A stretch of DNA of 64,000 nucleotides from Bryobacteraceae bacterium (GCA_050008575.1 JBEKMJ010000029.1:16872-80871); one strand, 5' to 3'; positions 1 through 12,029 are shown, numbered from the stretch's first letter. Numbers and translations: made by a program. The notes: generated by a model from the sequence alone, not told the origin.

Positions 1-1875
1 GGCTTGTCGTTCCCAAACAAAGCGGAGCCTTCGGTGGAAGTGGTGGCGGCGGCGACGCTTGAGCTGGAGTCGCAGTGGGTGGCCGCACGGATTATGGGAC
101 TCGAAGGCCAAATGCAGTTGCGCGGCAGAACCGCGGACTTCCGGGACTTCGCCGTATTGGTGCGTAACTCCGAGGTGCTCGAAGAGTTCACGCGCGCCTT
201 CGACGACTGTGGCATTCCGTATTTGGTCAACCGAGGGAAAGGATTCTACGAGACGCGCGAGGTGGTCGACTTGATGCACCTGCTGCGCGTGTTGGTGAAT
301 CCGCTGGATGAAATCAGTATGGCGGCGGTGTTGCGCTCACCATTCGTCGGGGCATCCGACGAGGCTTTATTGAGATTGTTCGCGCCGCGGGAGGGTGTCG
401 AGGGAAGTCTCGACACGGCGTGCATGAGTGCGTGCGCCACGTTTCGCGGCCAATTGACGCGGTGGCGCGCGGTGCGCGATTACACGGCGATCGACCAGTT
501 GCTGCTGCGGGCTATGGACGAGTGCGGCTATCAGTGCCCCGCGGGGCCGCGCGGCGCGGCGAATATCGAAAAGTTCCTGGCGCAGGCGCGGGCGGCCAGC
601 ACGCGGCAAACGCTCGCGGAGTTCGTGGAGGAAATCGAGATCCTGCGGGAATCCAAACCGCGCGAGCCGGACGCGCCACCGGAAGATTCGGCCAACGCCG
701 TGAAGATCATGACCGTACACGCGGCCAAAGGGCTGGAGTTTCCCGTTGTGTTTCTGGCGGCGATGCACAAGGGGATCGACGCAAATCCAGGCGCGATTGC
801 GTTCTCGCCGCGCATAGGGCTGGGCGCACGCTGGCATCATCCGGTTTGCCGGGAGGATAAAGATAAGGACGATGCGTTCCAACATGCCATCCGGCACGAG
901 CTGAAACAGCGCGAAAAAGAGGAGGGCAACCGGTTGCTGTATGTGGCCATGACCCGCGCCGAGGAGCACCTGGTGTTGTCGTTTTCGACAAATGGCAAGA
1001 AGCCGCAGAACTGGGCGGCGCTGGTGGCGGAGCGCTTGGCAGGGCGCTTGGCCGTGAGATCCGTCACCGCACCACCGGAGCGGCCGGCGCCCCGCGCGCG
1101 CAATGAAGCGTCCGTCTCCGTGCAGTGGCTGGCGCGGCCGGACGTCACCGAACAACACGACTCGCAAGCCAACGTGACGTCCATCGCCATGTTTGCCGAT
1201 TGCCCGCGGCGCTATTACCTTTCGCGCTACTTGGGATTCGAAGGCACTAGTGGGGCAGGCTCGCAGCCTGCAGCGGCCTCGCAGGCCGCCCGCCCGCCGG
1301 CCGACCTATTCGGCCAACAGGTGCACGCCCTTCTGGCGGGCGCAACCGTAGAATCACCCGACGCAGAATCCCTTAAACTGGCGGACCTGTTTCGCAAAAG
1401 CGCGCTAGGCCGGCGCGCCGCCGCCGCCGCCACCGTCGAGCGCGAATTCGACTTTCTAATGGACGTAGAAAATCTAGTGCTGCGCGGCCAGATCGACCTA
1501 TGGTTCGAAGAGCGCGGCAAGACCGTGCTGGTGGACTACAAGACCGATCGGGTCAGCGCCGCCGACGCGCCGGCCCGCGCGGAACAGTACGCGCTGCAGT
1601 TGCGGTTGTACGCGCTGGCGCTGGACCGTCTCTCCGGCCGCGCGCCCGATGAAGCCTACGTCTACTTCCTGCGGCCGAATATCGCCGTGCCCGTGGACCT
1701 CCGGCCTTCGTTATTCGACTCGCCCGAAGCGGCCGTGCGCGAATTCCGCGAAGCGCAGGAACGCCGGCATTTTCCGCTGCGTGAAGGCCAGCGCTGCCGC
1801 ACCTGTCCGCATTTCACGCGCCTGTGCCCGGCGCGCCTCGCGTCTGACGCTCCCGCTTCTCCCACCCCGGCTTGA
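1..1875 (+). CDS. UvrD/AddA-type helicase-nuclease, C-terminal part (5' end lies outside the window): helicase C-terminal domain plus PD-(D/E)XK nuclease with a 4-Cys cluster
   Basis: The frame is open from the window edge. 'MTVHAAKGLEFPVVFL' and 'LLYVAMTRAEEHLVLS' are UvrD-family helicase motifs. 'LRGQIDLWFEE...VLVDYKTD' is a RecB-type nuclease motif. Cys in 'FADCPRRYY' plus 'CRTCPHFTRLC' resembles the AddB/Cas4 Fe-S Cys pattern. Confidence 0.85.
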   Translation, partial: GLSFPNKAEPSVEVVAAATLELESQWVAARIMGLEGQMQLRGRTADFRDFAVLVRNSEVLEEFTRAFDDCGIPYLVNRGKGFYETREVVDLMHLLRVLVNPLDEISMAAVLRSPFVGASDEALLRLFAPREGVEGSLDTACMSACATFRGQLTRWRAVRDYTAIDQLLLRAMDECGYQCPAGPRGAANIEKFLAQARAASTRQTLAEFVEEIEILRESKPREPDAPPEDSANAVKIMTVHAAKGLEFPVVFLAAMHKGIDANPGAIAFSPRIGLGARWHHPVCREDKDKDDAFQHAIRHELKQREKEEGNRLLYVAMTRAEEHLVLSFSTNGKKPQNWAALVAERLAGRLAVRSVTAPPERPAPRARNEASVSVQWLARPDVTEQHDSQANVTSIAMFADCPRRYYLSRYLGFEGTSGAGSQPAAASQAARPPADLFGQQVHALLAGATVESPDAESLKLADLFRKSALGRRAAAAATVEREFDFLMDVENLVLRGQIDLWFEERGKTVLVDYKTDRVSAADAPARAEQYALQLRLYALALDRLSGRAPDEAYVYFLRPNIAVPVDLRPSLFDSPEAAVREFREAQERRHFPLREGQRCRTCPHFTRLCPARLASDAPASPTPA

Positions 1876-2989
1876 ACAGCGGCAAGTAGTTCTCTTGCTG
1901 GTACGGATGCTTCAGGATCTCTTCGATGTTCAGATCGATGCCCAGCCCCGGCCGGTCCGGCACTTCGATGTAACCGTCGACCTGATGCACCGGATGGGTC
2001 ACGATGTCCCGCTCCCACGGTTCGTTGAACTCGTCGAACAATTCATGAATGAAGAAATTGGGAATGGAAGCGTTGAGCTGCACGCACGCCGCCGAACAAA
2101 CCGGCCCTTGCGCGCTGTGCGGCGCGATCACGCCGAAATGCGCATCCACCATGTCCGCGATCTTGCGCGCGGCGAATAGGCCGCCCAGGTTCAGCGGCTC
2201 CGGCTGCAGGATGTTCACCACCTCGTGCTTGAGCAGCTCCGCGAACTGCTGCTTGGTCGAAAGGCTCTCGCCGGTCGCGATGGGCACCGGACTGCGCCGC
2301 GCCACTTCCACCATAGCTGGAATGTTGGTGTGCGGCACGGGCTCTTCGAACCATGTGGGCCGAAACTGGTGGATGGCTTCGGCAAACTCCACCGCGGTGG
2401 CCACGTTGAACCGGCAATGCCCTTCGATCAGCAGGTCCACCGGCGGCCCCACGGCATCGCGCACGGCGCGGATGATGTCCACCGCCAGATCGAAATCGTA
2501 GCGCGAAAGGTACCGCCAGCTCGATCCGAACGGATCGAATTTGAGCGCCGTGTAGCCGCGCGCGGCGACCATCTTGGCCTTCGCCGCGAAGCTCTCCGGC
2601 GTGCGCGGGCCGCGATACCAGCCATTGGCATATGCGCGCAGCTTCTCGTGGCATTGCCCGCCCCACAGGTTGTAGATGGGCTGATTGCAAGCCTTCCCGA
2701 TGATGTCCCACAGCGCGATCTCGATGGCGGCGACCGCGCACATGTGGATCTGCGCGCCTTCCGTGTACACGTCGCGAATGAGACGCTGCGAAATAGTCTC
2801 CACCTGGAACGGGTCCATCCCGATCGCCAGCGGCTTCAGCTCGTGGATGGCGGCCTCTACGGTCTTGGCAAAGCAATTCACAGTGCCCTCGCCGACGCCG
2901 TGGATGCCTTCGTCGGTGGAGACTTTGGCGAATACCCAATTCTTCCAGGGATTACCGGCGATGTAGGTGTCGATGGCGGTGATTCTCAT
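1814..2989 (-). CDS. Enolase-superfamily dehydratase (mandelate racemase/muconate lactonizing enzyme family, galactonate-dehydratase-like)
   Basis: 'MRITAIDTYIAGNPWKNWVFAKVSTDEGIHGVGEGT' is a typical N-terminus of this family. The ATG at 2989 was chosen over the longer ORF start at 3052. The 3' end overlaps the convergent helicase gene by 62 nt. Confidence 0.85.
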   Translation of the reverse strand: MRITAIDTYIAGNPWKNWVFAKVSTDEGIHGVGEGTVNCFAKTVEAAIHELKPLAIGMDPFQVETISQRLIRDVYTEGAQIHMCAVAAIEIALWDIIGKACNQPIYNLWGGQCHEKLRAYANGWYRGPRTPESFAAKAKMVAARGYTALKFDPFGSSWRYLSRYDFDLAVDIIRAVRDAVGPPVDLLIEGHCRFNVATAVEFAEAIHQFRPTWFEEPVPHTNIPAMVEVARRSPVPIATGESLSTKQQFAELLKHEVVNILQPEPLNLGGLFAARKIADMVDAHFGVIAPHSAQGPVCSAACVQLNASIPNFFIHELFDEFNEPWERDIVTHPVHQVDGYIEVPDRPGLGIDLNIEEILKHPYQQENYLPLFKPGWEKRERQTRGAPGTGA

Positions 2990-3060
2990 GAAGGGGATTC
3001 TAGCATTCGTACAGGCGCCTGAGGACCGCGTTACAAACAACGCGGCGTGCACAACGCCCT

Positions 3061-3069
3061 TGTTATACT
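3061..3069 (+). promoter_or_regulatory. Candidate extended -10 element (TGtTATACT) 10 nt upstream of the gltX ATG
   Basis: 'tgttatact' at 3061-3069. There is no Shine-Dalgarno sequence between it and the ATG at 3080. Confidence 0.3.
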
Positions 3070-3079
3070 GGATTTTTCC

Positions 3080-4516
3080 ATGCTACGAGTTCGCTTCGCG
3101 CCGTCTCCCACCGGCTTTCTCCATATCGGTAGCGCGCGCACCTTCATCTTCAACTGGCTCTACGCGCGCCACAACAACGGCGCCATGATCCTGCGCATCG
3201 ACGATACCGACGTCGAACGCAATACGCAGGCTTCGCTCGATTCCATCTTCGATGGGTTGCGCTGGCTCGATCTCGGATGGGACGAGCGGTATCGCCAATC
3301 CGAGCGGCTGGCGGTGCACCAGGCAACCGCGCAAGCCATCCTCGAAAAAGGCCTCGCGTATCGCGATTTCACGCCCGCCCAAGCCGATGCCGCCGATGCG
3401 GCCCGCGGCGAAGGCACGTGGCTCTTCAATCCTGGCATGCGCGAGCTTTCCGCCGCCGAAAGCGACCGGCGCGCCGCGGCCGGAGAGCCGTTCGTGCTGC
3501 GCTTCCGCGTGCCGCGCGCCCGCGCCATCAATGTGTGCTTTCGCGACGCCGTTTACGGCGAACAGGTCAAATCGACAGCGGATATCGAGGATTTCGCGTT
3601 GTTGCGCAGCAACGGCATGCCGACTTATCACTTGGCGTCCTGCGCGGACGACGCCGACCTGCGCATCAGTCACATCATCCGCGGCCAGGACCATCTCACG
3701 AATACCTTCAAACACGTGCTCCTCTTCGAGGCCGCGGGCGCCACGCCGCCGCAGTTCGCACACTTGCCGCTGCTGATCGCCCCGGACGGCGCGAAGCTTT
3801 CCAAGCGCCGGCACGGCCCGGTGGTGAGCGTGACCACTTATCGCGACAACGGCTTCCTGCCACAAGCTTTCGTGAATTTCCTGTGCCTGCTGGGCTGGTC
3901 GCCTAAGGATGATCGCGACCGCATGGGCCGCCAGGAGTTGATCGATGCGTTTTCGTTTGAAGGCATCAATCGCAGTAACGCCGTAATCAACTTCACCGAA
4001 GACGACCCCATCGATCCCAAGGCGCTGTGGCTGAATGGGGAGCACATCCGCGCTCTGCCCGTCGAGGATCTGGCCGACCGCCTGCTGCCATTCGTACACG
4101 CCGCCGGCATCGACGTGGACCGCCCGAAAATGCTGCGCATCGCACCGCTGGTACAGGAGCGCATCAAGTTATTGCGCGATGTATTGACGGTGGCGGATTT
4201 CTTCTTTGTGGACCAGTTGCCGCCTTATGACAATGCCGAGTTAATCCCGCAGAAAGGCGACGCAGCCATGGGGCTGAAGGCCCTGCAATACGGCCGCGAG
4301 ATCCTCGCAACGGCCGAATTTACACACGACGCGTTGGAACAGACCTTGCGCTCCGCCGCTGGCGCGCTGGGAATCAAGACCGGCCAGATGTTTCAGCCGA
4401 TTCGCGTGGCGGTCTGCGGCCGCAAGAACGCGCCACCTTTGTTTGCGACCCTCGAGGTGCTGGGCCGCGATACCTGCCTGGTGCGCATCGATCAGGCAAT
4501 CCGGAAGTTGCAGTAG
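3080..4516 (+). CDS. gltX: Glutamyl-tRNA synthetase
   Basis: '[26 protein letters not shown]' carries the HIGH motif. 'KLSKRRHG' is the KMSKS-type motif. Length is 478 aa. Confidence 0.93.
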   Translation: MLRVRFAPSPTGFLHIGSARTFIFNWLYARHNNGAMILRIDDTDVERNTQASLDSIFDGLRWLDLGWDERYRQSERLAVHQATAQAILEKGLAYRDFTPAQADAADAARGEGTWLFNPGMRELSAAESDRRAAAGEPFVLRFRVPRARAINVCFRDAVYGEQVKSTADIEDFALLRSNGMPTYHLASCADDADLRISHIIRGQDHLTNTFKHVLLFEAAGATPPQFAHLPLLIAPDGAKLSKRRHGPVVSVTTYRDNGFLPQAFVNFLCLLGWSPKDDRDRMGRQELIDAFSFEGINRSNAVINFTEDDPIDPKALWLNGEHIRALPVEDLADRLLPFVHAAGIDVDRPKMLRIAPLVQERIKLLRDVLTVADFFFVDQLPPYDNAELIPQKGDAAMGLKALQYGREILATAEFTHDALEQTLRSAAGALGIKTGQMFQPIRVAVCGRKNAPPLFATLEVLGRDTCLVRIDQAIRKLQ

Positions 4517-4532
4517 GAGTCTTTCGCATATT

Positions 4533-6232
<1,700 letters not shown>

Positions 6233-6236
<4 letters not shown>

Positions 6237-7840
6237 TCATTCTGGGAATCGGCGGCATTCTGGGCGACGCCGCGGCGGCCGTTTTGAGCGGCGGCTCTCT
6301 GGTGGCGGCCATGGAAGAATCCAAGCTCAGCCGGCAGGGACTCAAAGCCGGCGCGCACACGGGACCCACGGACCTTCCCGAGCAGTCCATGGCCGCGTGT
6401 CTCTCGCTGGCTGGCGCGGCGCCGGAGCAGGTTGACGCCGTGGCTATCGTGCGTCCATTCACGGCCGGGCCGGAGGCGTCGCTGCACCTGCAGTTGCGCG
6501 CGCGATTTCCCAATAGCCGCATCGTGGTGGTGGAACATCACACGGCGCACGCGGCTTCGGCATACTATCCGTCTCCGTTCGAAGAGGCTACCGTGCTGAC
6601 TCTGGATCGCGCGGGCGATTTCCGCTGCGGCACCCGTTGGCACGCGGCAGGCACGCAACTGACGCTCGACAGGGAGCTGTATTATCCCGACTCGCTGGGC
6701 GACCTATATGGCCGTGTGACTGAGTTACTGGGCTTCCGCGCCAACCTGGAAGAGCACAAGGTGCAGTGGCTCTCGGCATCATGTGGCGCGGGCGACGACC
6801 GGTTCCGCGACCTGTTTCTGGAAATCATGCCCATGCGGGACGGCGAATGGCCCCGCCTGGACCGATCGTTCTTCGATGCCGAGCGGCTGACCTGCGGCGG
6901 CTTCGGCGCGCGCTTTTACGAGCGGCTGGGGATCGACGAGGGCGCCGCGGTGCCCGAGCCGCTGCGCGCTCCGCTGGCGGCCGGCATACAGCGCGCCGTC
7001 GAGGAGACGGTGATCCGCATGGCCGGCTCGGGCACGCGGCGCCTTTGCCTGGCCGGCGGGTTGGGCTTGAACGCGCTGCTGGTTTCCGCGCTGGAACGCT
7101 CGTCGTTTGAGAATGTTTTCGTGCAGCCGGCAGCGGGGAATGCGGGCACGGCGCTTGGCGCGGCGCTCAATACCTGGCATGCCGTCTACAACCAGACCCG
7201 GCGCGTCCGCCTCGATAACCTTTATCTGGGTCCCAGTTACACCGCGGAAGAGATCAAGCGCGTACTCGAGAATTGCAAGCTGCGGTTCCGGTACATCCTG
7301 ACCACGGAAGAGACCGTCGACACGGCCATCGCGCAGCTTGCCGAGAACCGTATCGTGGCTTGGATGCATGGCCGCATGGAATTTGGGCCGCGCGCCCTGG
7401 GTAACCGCAGCATCCTGGCGTCGCCGTTGGACGGCTATGCCGCCGAGAACCTCAACGCCTTTATCAAGCATCGCGAGCCGTTCCGAAAATTCGCCGCCTC
7501 AGTGCCGGCCGAGATTGCCGGCGAGTACTTCGAGTGCGGTTCCAACGCCCGCTTTCTGGCCACCGCCGGCCGCGTTCGCCCGGCCCATCGCGGGCGCTTT
7601 GCCAGCGCGGTCCTGAACGGCGACGTGGTCCGCGTACACACGGTTTCGCAGGAGGACAATCCCCTGTACTGGAAACTGCTGCATGCCGCGGGGAAGGCCA
7701 CCGGGCTGCCGGTGCTCTACAACACTTCGTTCAACCTGTTCAGCGAGCCGCTGGTGTGCACTCCGCGCGACGCCGTGCGCAGCTTCTATTCGTCCGGAAT
7801 CGATGCCATGTTTGTCGGTAATTTCTTTCTGCAGAAGTGA
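6233..7840 (+). CDS. Carbamoyltransferase (NodU/CmcH family)
   Basis: '[18 protein letters not shown]...AMEESKLSR' and '[30 protein letters not shown]' fit the family pattern. The ATG overlaps the glnS stop (ATGA). Confidence 0.88.
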
Positions 7841-9622
7841 CCCGGGTAAGTAGACCGGATGTTGCAACAGGACAGCGTCGCTCACCGCGATGACACTGGG
7901 TTCAGAGCCTGGCGCCGAGCCGGCAAAGCCAACGGTAACGGCCGCAGTCTCCGGTGGAGGATAGGCGCTAACTACCATTGTGCTGAAAGCATGGGACGCG
8001 ATCGGTTCCGAAGGGTAAGTATCCAATATATCACCCGATGAATTCTTGAAGACGATACGCATGTACGCGCCGGGATCGCCGGACACAAGCCGCACGGAAG
8101 CCGCGAAGCTGTAAGGGCGGGTTCGATTGGCGCACTGCGTTTCGAAGGCGTAGCCGCCGGCGCCATGCAACTCAATGCGCGCCGCGCGCGGGCCATTCAG
8201 GAGATTCATGCGTGCAATCTGCGGGAGGCCTAAAACCGACGCCATGCCGACAGTGCACACACCGGCAGGGCCGCCCGCGGAGGCATAGAGTGGAAGGGCG
8301 CGCGGCAAATCAAAGAACGGATGCGGGTACATGACGGTTGGCAAATACAATTCCGGACGCACACACACCATGCCTGCCGGAACGTTCGCCCAATTTCTTT
8401 GATACACGGCCAGGCTCACGAAACGCCGCGCCAACTGGCCCCATCCGTCCATGGGACTGTGCCGCCGTAGGTGCACATATCCAGCCAGCGCATGTTGCGG
8501 CAGCGTCAACAGGACCATCAGCGCCAGCGGGAGGAACGCGTTCGAATACTGGCTGCGGGCGATGCTGAAGACGCCTTCCGCGAGCCATGCAAGAATCAGG
8601 CCCAGAGCCGCCGCCGGCAGATATTGGTATCGACTGGACGCGGCTGAGGGGATGCCTAGCTGGACCCTGCCTACAGCCGTCAACGCGTAAGGCAACAGCA
8701 GCATCGACAACGGCACGAGCAGGGCGAACATGCGGTCCTTCGAAAGAAAGCGGCGCCAGAAGAACAATCCCGCCACCGAGAAGATAATGCTCAACACCAG
8801 GGGCGCGCTCAGCGGCGCTCGGTAGGACGCCGCCAAGCCGCGCATGGCAGTGAAAGCCCAGGGAATCACTTGCAGCGCCTGGCGCACGCTTGCCTGGCTG
8901 AGGGCATGCTCCAAGCCGCCGCGGTCGGACCGCAGCAGGACTGTGAAGCCGAGCATGATCGTTACGGCCGGCAATGTGCAAATGGCCGCCACTCGCTTCC
9001 AGGTGCGTCGGCGCGATGCCGCAGCCTGGGCGGCCAACAGCGGAACGACCAATAATCCGAAGCCCATCGACCAGCTTGCGAGCAAGGCGGTGCACATCGT
9101 GACCGCCAGCAGGAGTGGCTCTCCCCGCCGCAGATAGCGGCTGCCAACAATCAGACTCAATAAGATGAACAGCAGCGCCAGAGTGGTTTGCTGTCCCGCT
9201 TCCCACATCGTGACTTCCCAATAGACGCCGCTAAACGCAAAGAACAAGGCGCCGAATACCCGCGCAACGGCCAAAGCGGCGAACTCGGCCGAAACAACAT
9301 ACAGCAAGGCGGCATTGGTGGAATGGATGAAGATATTAACCGCCTGATAGGGAAAATTATGCATGCCAAACAACGCGTACTGAAGATACAGTACAGCTTT
9401 TGACACGGGCATGAAGTGCTCGTTATGCATGCGCCATATCGTCCGCCAGCCTTGTTCGTGAAACTCGCACAGAATGTCCCATGTATCGCCGAAGAAGTAG
9501 AGTTGGAACGGCCGGTAAGCGGCTAGAGAAAAAAGCGCGGTGGCCAGGACGACGATTCCAAGAGGGGCATAGTCCTGCCTGCCCAATCTCGTGGCGCCGG
9601 GCGTGATTTTGCCAGCGTGCAT
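7499..9622 (-). CDS. Polytopic membrane protein, possibly a GT-C-type (PMT/ArnT-like) glycosyltransferase, with a C-terminal soluble domain
   Basis: About 12 hydrophobic segments (e.g. 'LALLFILLSLIVGSRYL', 'LLVVPLLAAQAAA') are followed by a non-membrane region. The start is uncertain: the ORF start at 9697 would overlap the divergent gene, so the ATG at 9622 was chosen. The frame has no stop until 7499, 342 nt inside the convergent carbamoyltransferase gene. Confidence 0.55.
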   Translation of the reverse strand: MHAGKITPGATRLGRQDYAPLGIVVLATALFSLAAYRPFQLYFFGDTWDILCEFHEQGWRTIWRMHNEHFMPVSKAVLYLQYALFGMHNFPYQAVNIFIHSTNAALLYVVSAEFAALAVARVFGALFFAFSGVYWEVTMWEAGQQTTLALLFILLSLIVGSRYLRRGEPLLLAVTMCTALLASWSMGFGLLVVPLLAAQAAASRRRTWKRVAAICTLPAVTIMLGFTVLLRSDRGGLEHALSQASVRQALQVIPWAFTAMRGLAASYRAPLSAPLVLSIIFSVAGLFFWRRFLSKDRMFALLVPLSMLLLPYALTAVGRVQLGIPSAASSRYQYLPAAALGLILAWLAEGVFSIARSQYSNAFLPLALMVLLTLPQHALAGYVHLRRHSPMDGWGQLARRFVSLAVYQRNWANVPAGMVCVRPELYLPTVMYPHPFFDLPRALPLYASAGGPAGVCTVGMASVLGLPQIARMNLLNGPRAARIELHGAGGYAFETQCANRTRPYSFAASVRLVSGDPGAYMRIVFKNSSGDILDTYPSEPIASHAFSTMVVSAYPPPETAAVTVGFAGSAPGSEPSVIAVSDAVLLQHPVYLPGSLLQKEITDKHGIDSGRIEAAHGVARSAHQRLAEQVERSVVEHRQPGGLPRGMQQFPVQGIVLLRNRVYADHVAVQDRAGKAPAMGRANAAGGGQKAGVGTALEVLAGNLGRH

Positions 9623-9686
9623 GGCGGAGTGCAGTCCGAAAGAATAGCACAAGCGCGTGCGGCTATACTGAAACCATACATTTTCC

Positions 9687-12029
9687 ATGCGCTTCATTTT
9701 GGTTTGCCTGCTCAGTGTGCCGCTTCTCTATGCTCAGTCGCCTGACGAGAAGGAAGATCTCCCCAATCCGGTAGCGGGGCAGTCCGAAGCCATCGCCGCG
9801 GGCAAGAAATTGTATCTGGAAGGCTGCAGCGGCTGCCATGGCCCTACCGCGGAAGGCGGCCGCGGTCCCAACCTGGCGCAAGGCGACCAGATCCGCGGCG
9901 CCACGAACCGGCACTTGGTCTCTGTCATCACCGATGGCGTGAAGGGGTCGGATATGCCGCCATCCGGGCTGACCGGCGACAAGGTCTGGCCGCTTATCGC
10001 CTATCTCCGGAATTTGACGGCCGTGGCGTTCGATAGCACAGCGGCGGGCGACGTGCAGTCCGGCAGCGCCTTGTTCTTCGGCAGCGCGGGCTGCGCCAAC
10101 TGCCACACGATCCGGGGACGTGGTGGTTTTCCCGGTCCGGATCTTTCCAATATCGGCCGGGTGCGTTCCTTCCGCCAACTCCGCGAATCGCTGGTCGATC
10201 CCGATGCCAAAATCGCGGAAGGGTACGGCGGTGTCACCGTCATAACGAAGTCCGGGCAGACGATTGCAGGCGTGGCGCGCGACAATACCAATTACGCGAT
10301 CCAGATTCTCGATGCGCGCGGGGATCTTCATCGCCTTTTGAAAGCGGATCTGCGCGAGGTGGTCTTGCGCGGGGGTTCGCTGATGCCTGGAGATTTCAAG
10401 CAGCGTTTGAGTTCCCGCGACATTGAGGACCTACTTGCATTCCTCGGACGGCAGTCGATACGCGGCAATGCGGCGGCTACCGTTGGCACGCCCGCCTCCA
10501 CGGGCGCGCGCTACGATCTGATCCGCGCGGGCGCGGGGGCCGATTGGCTAACCTATGCCGGCGATTACGCGGCGCACCGCCACAGCCCGCTAAAGCAGAT
10601 CACGGCCGCCAACGCCGGGTCGCTGGTATCGGCATGGGTCTACCACGTGGATGGCGCCACTCACTTGGAGGCCACGCCGCTGGTCTACGACGGCGTCATG
10701 TACATCACCAATAGCAACGAAGTACACGCGCTGGACGCGCGCACTGGCCGCCCGATTTGGAAGTATCGCGACGAACTGGCCAAGCGCAGCGACGTGAACC
10801 GCGGCGTCGCCATTCTCGGAGACAGCGTGTTCTTCGTCACCAGCGATGCGCACCTGGTGGCGCTCAACCGCAAGACGGGCGGTGGACTGTGGGACCGCGA
10901 GTTTGCAGACACCAGCCGCGGCGCGTTCGCCACGCTAGCGCCCATGGTGGTGAGGGATCGCGTGATCGTGGGAGTATCGGGCGGCGATACGGGCGTGCGC
11001 GGATTCCTGGCGGCATTCTCCGCCGCTACCGGCGAAGAGTTATGGCGTTTCTGGACTGTGCCCGCCAAAGGCGAACCCGGCGCGGAAACATGGGGTGAAC
11101 TGGGCCCCGAATGGGGTGGCGCGGCGACCTGGCTCAGCGGCACTTACGATGCGGAGCTCAACGTTCTCTACTGGACAACCGGGAATCCGTGGCCCGATTT
11201 TTACGGCGGCGCGCGCCATGGCGACAATCTCTATTCCGATTCGCTGCTGGCGCTGGACGCCGATACAGGCAAGTTGAAATGGTATTTCCAATTCACGCCG
11301 CACGACACGCACGATTGGGATGCGCAGTCCTGGCCCGTGCTGCTCGACAGCCTGTACGAAGGCCACCAGCGCAAGCTTCTGCTGCACCCCAACCGCAACG
11401 GCTACCTCTATGTGTTAGATCGGACTACCGGCGAATTCCTGCGCGCCACGCCTTTCGTGGAGAGGCTGAATTGGGCCAAGGGCGTGGATGCGAAGGGCCG
11501 TCCAATCGGGAATCCCGGCATGGAGCCTTCGCCGAACGGCACGCGCGTGTGTCCTTCGGTGCGCGGCGCTGCTAACTGGATGTCGCCTTCGTATAACCCG
11601 CAAACGGGATTGCTCTATGTGCCTACGCTGGAACAGTGCGATGTGTATAGCTCATCCGCCAAGACACCCGAGCCGATGAAGAACTTCGCAGGCACTGGCG
11701 GCGAGGCAATTTCGAAAGAGCCGGGCAAATTCTATCTGCGCGCGCTCGATCCGCGCACCGGCGGGAAGCGCTGGGAATACCCGATGACCGGGCACGGCGA
11801 TATGTGGGCGGGAACTGTTTCCACCGCGGGCGGCCTGGTATTCTTCGGCGATGACGACGGGCAGCTTGTGGCTGTGGACGCTGTGACGGGCAGGCATCTT
11901 TGGCATTATTATCTGGGACAGAACATTACTGCCTCGCCCATTACCTTCATGGCCGATGGTAAGCAGTATGTGACGATTGCCGCGGCCACCGATGTTTTCA
12001 CGTTCGCGCTGTTCGAGAGTGCTCGTTAG
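9687..12029 (+). CDS. Quinohemoprotein: signal peptide, two N-terminal c-type haem domains, and a PQQ-type beta-propeller dehydrogenase
   Basis: Signal 'MRFILVCLLSVPLLYAQ'. CXXCH motifs 'CSGCH' and 'CANCH'. PQQ-dehydrogenase-like repeats ('GVMYITNSNEVHALDARTGRPIWKY', 'VFFVTSDAHLVALNRKTGGGLW', 'TPHDTHDWD'). Confidence 0.85.
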   Translation: MRFILVCLLSVPLLYAQSPDEKEDLPNPVAGQSEAIAAGKKLYLEGCSGCHGPTAEGGRGPNLAQGDQIRGATNRHLVSVITDGVKGSDMPPSGLTGDKVWPLIAYLRNLTAVAFDSTAAGDVQSGSALFFGSAGCANCHTIRGRGGFPGPDLSNIGRVRSFRQLRESLVDPDAKIAEGYGGVTVITKSGQTIAGVARDNTNYAIQILDARGDLHRLLKADLREVVLRGGSLMPGDFKQRLSSRDIEDLLAFLGRQSIRGNAAATVGTPASTGARYDLIRAGAGADWLTYAGDYAAHRHSPLKQITAANAGSLVSAWVYHVDGATHLEATPLVYDGVMYITNSNEVHALDARTGRPIWKYRDELAKRSDVNRGVAILGDSVFFVTSDAHLVALNRKTGGGLWDREFADTSRGAFATLAPMVVRDRVIVGVSGGDTGVRGFLAAFSAATGEELWRFWTVPAKGEPGAETWGELGPEWGGAATWLSGTYDAELNVLYWTTGNPWPDFYGGARHGDNLYSDSLLALDADTGKLKWYFQFTPHDTHDWDAQSWPVLLDSLYEGHQRKLLLHPNRNGYLYVLDRTTGEFLRATPFVERLNWAKGVDAKGRPIGNPGMEPSPNGTRVCPSVRGAANWMSPSYNPQTGLLYVPTLEQCDVYSSSAKTPEPMKNFAGTGGEAISKEPGKFYLRALDPRTGGKRWEYPMTGHGDMWAGTVSTAGGLVFFGDDDGQLVAVDAVTGRHLWHYYLGQNITASPITFMADGKQYVTIAAATDVFTFALFESAR

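Noticed and set aside
1814-1875. 62-nt convergent overlap of the helicase-nuclease and dehydratase 3' ends
   Set aside because: Short convergent overlaps are common in stop-codon-poor high-GC genomes, and both C-termini are plausible. I do not treat it as special, unlike the 342-nt case at 7499-7840.
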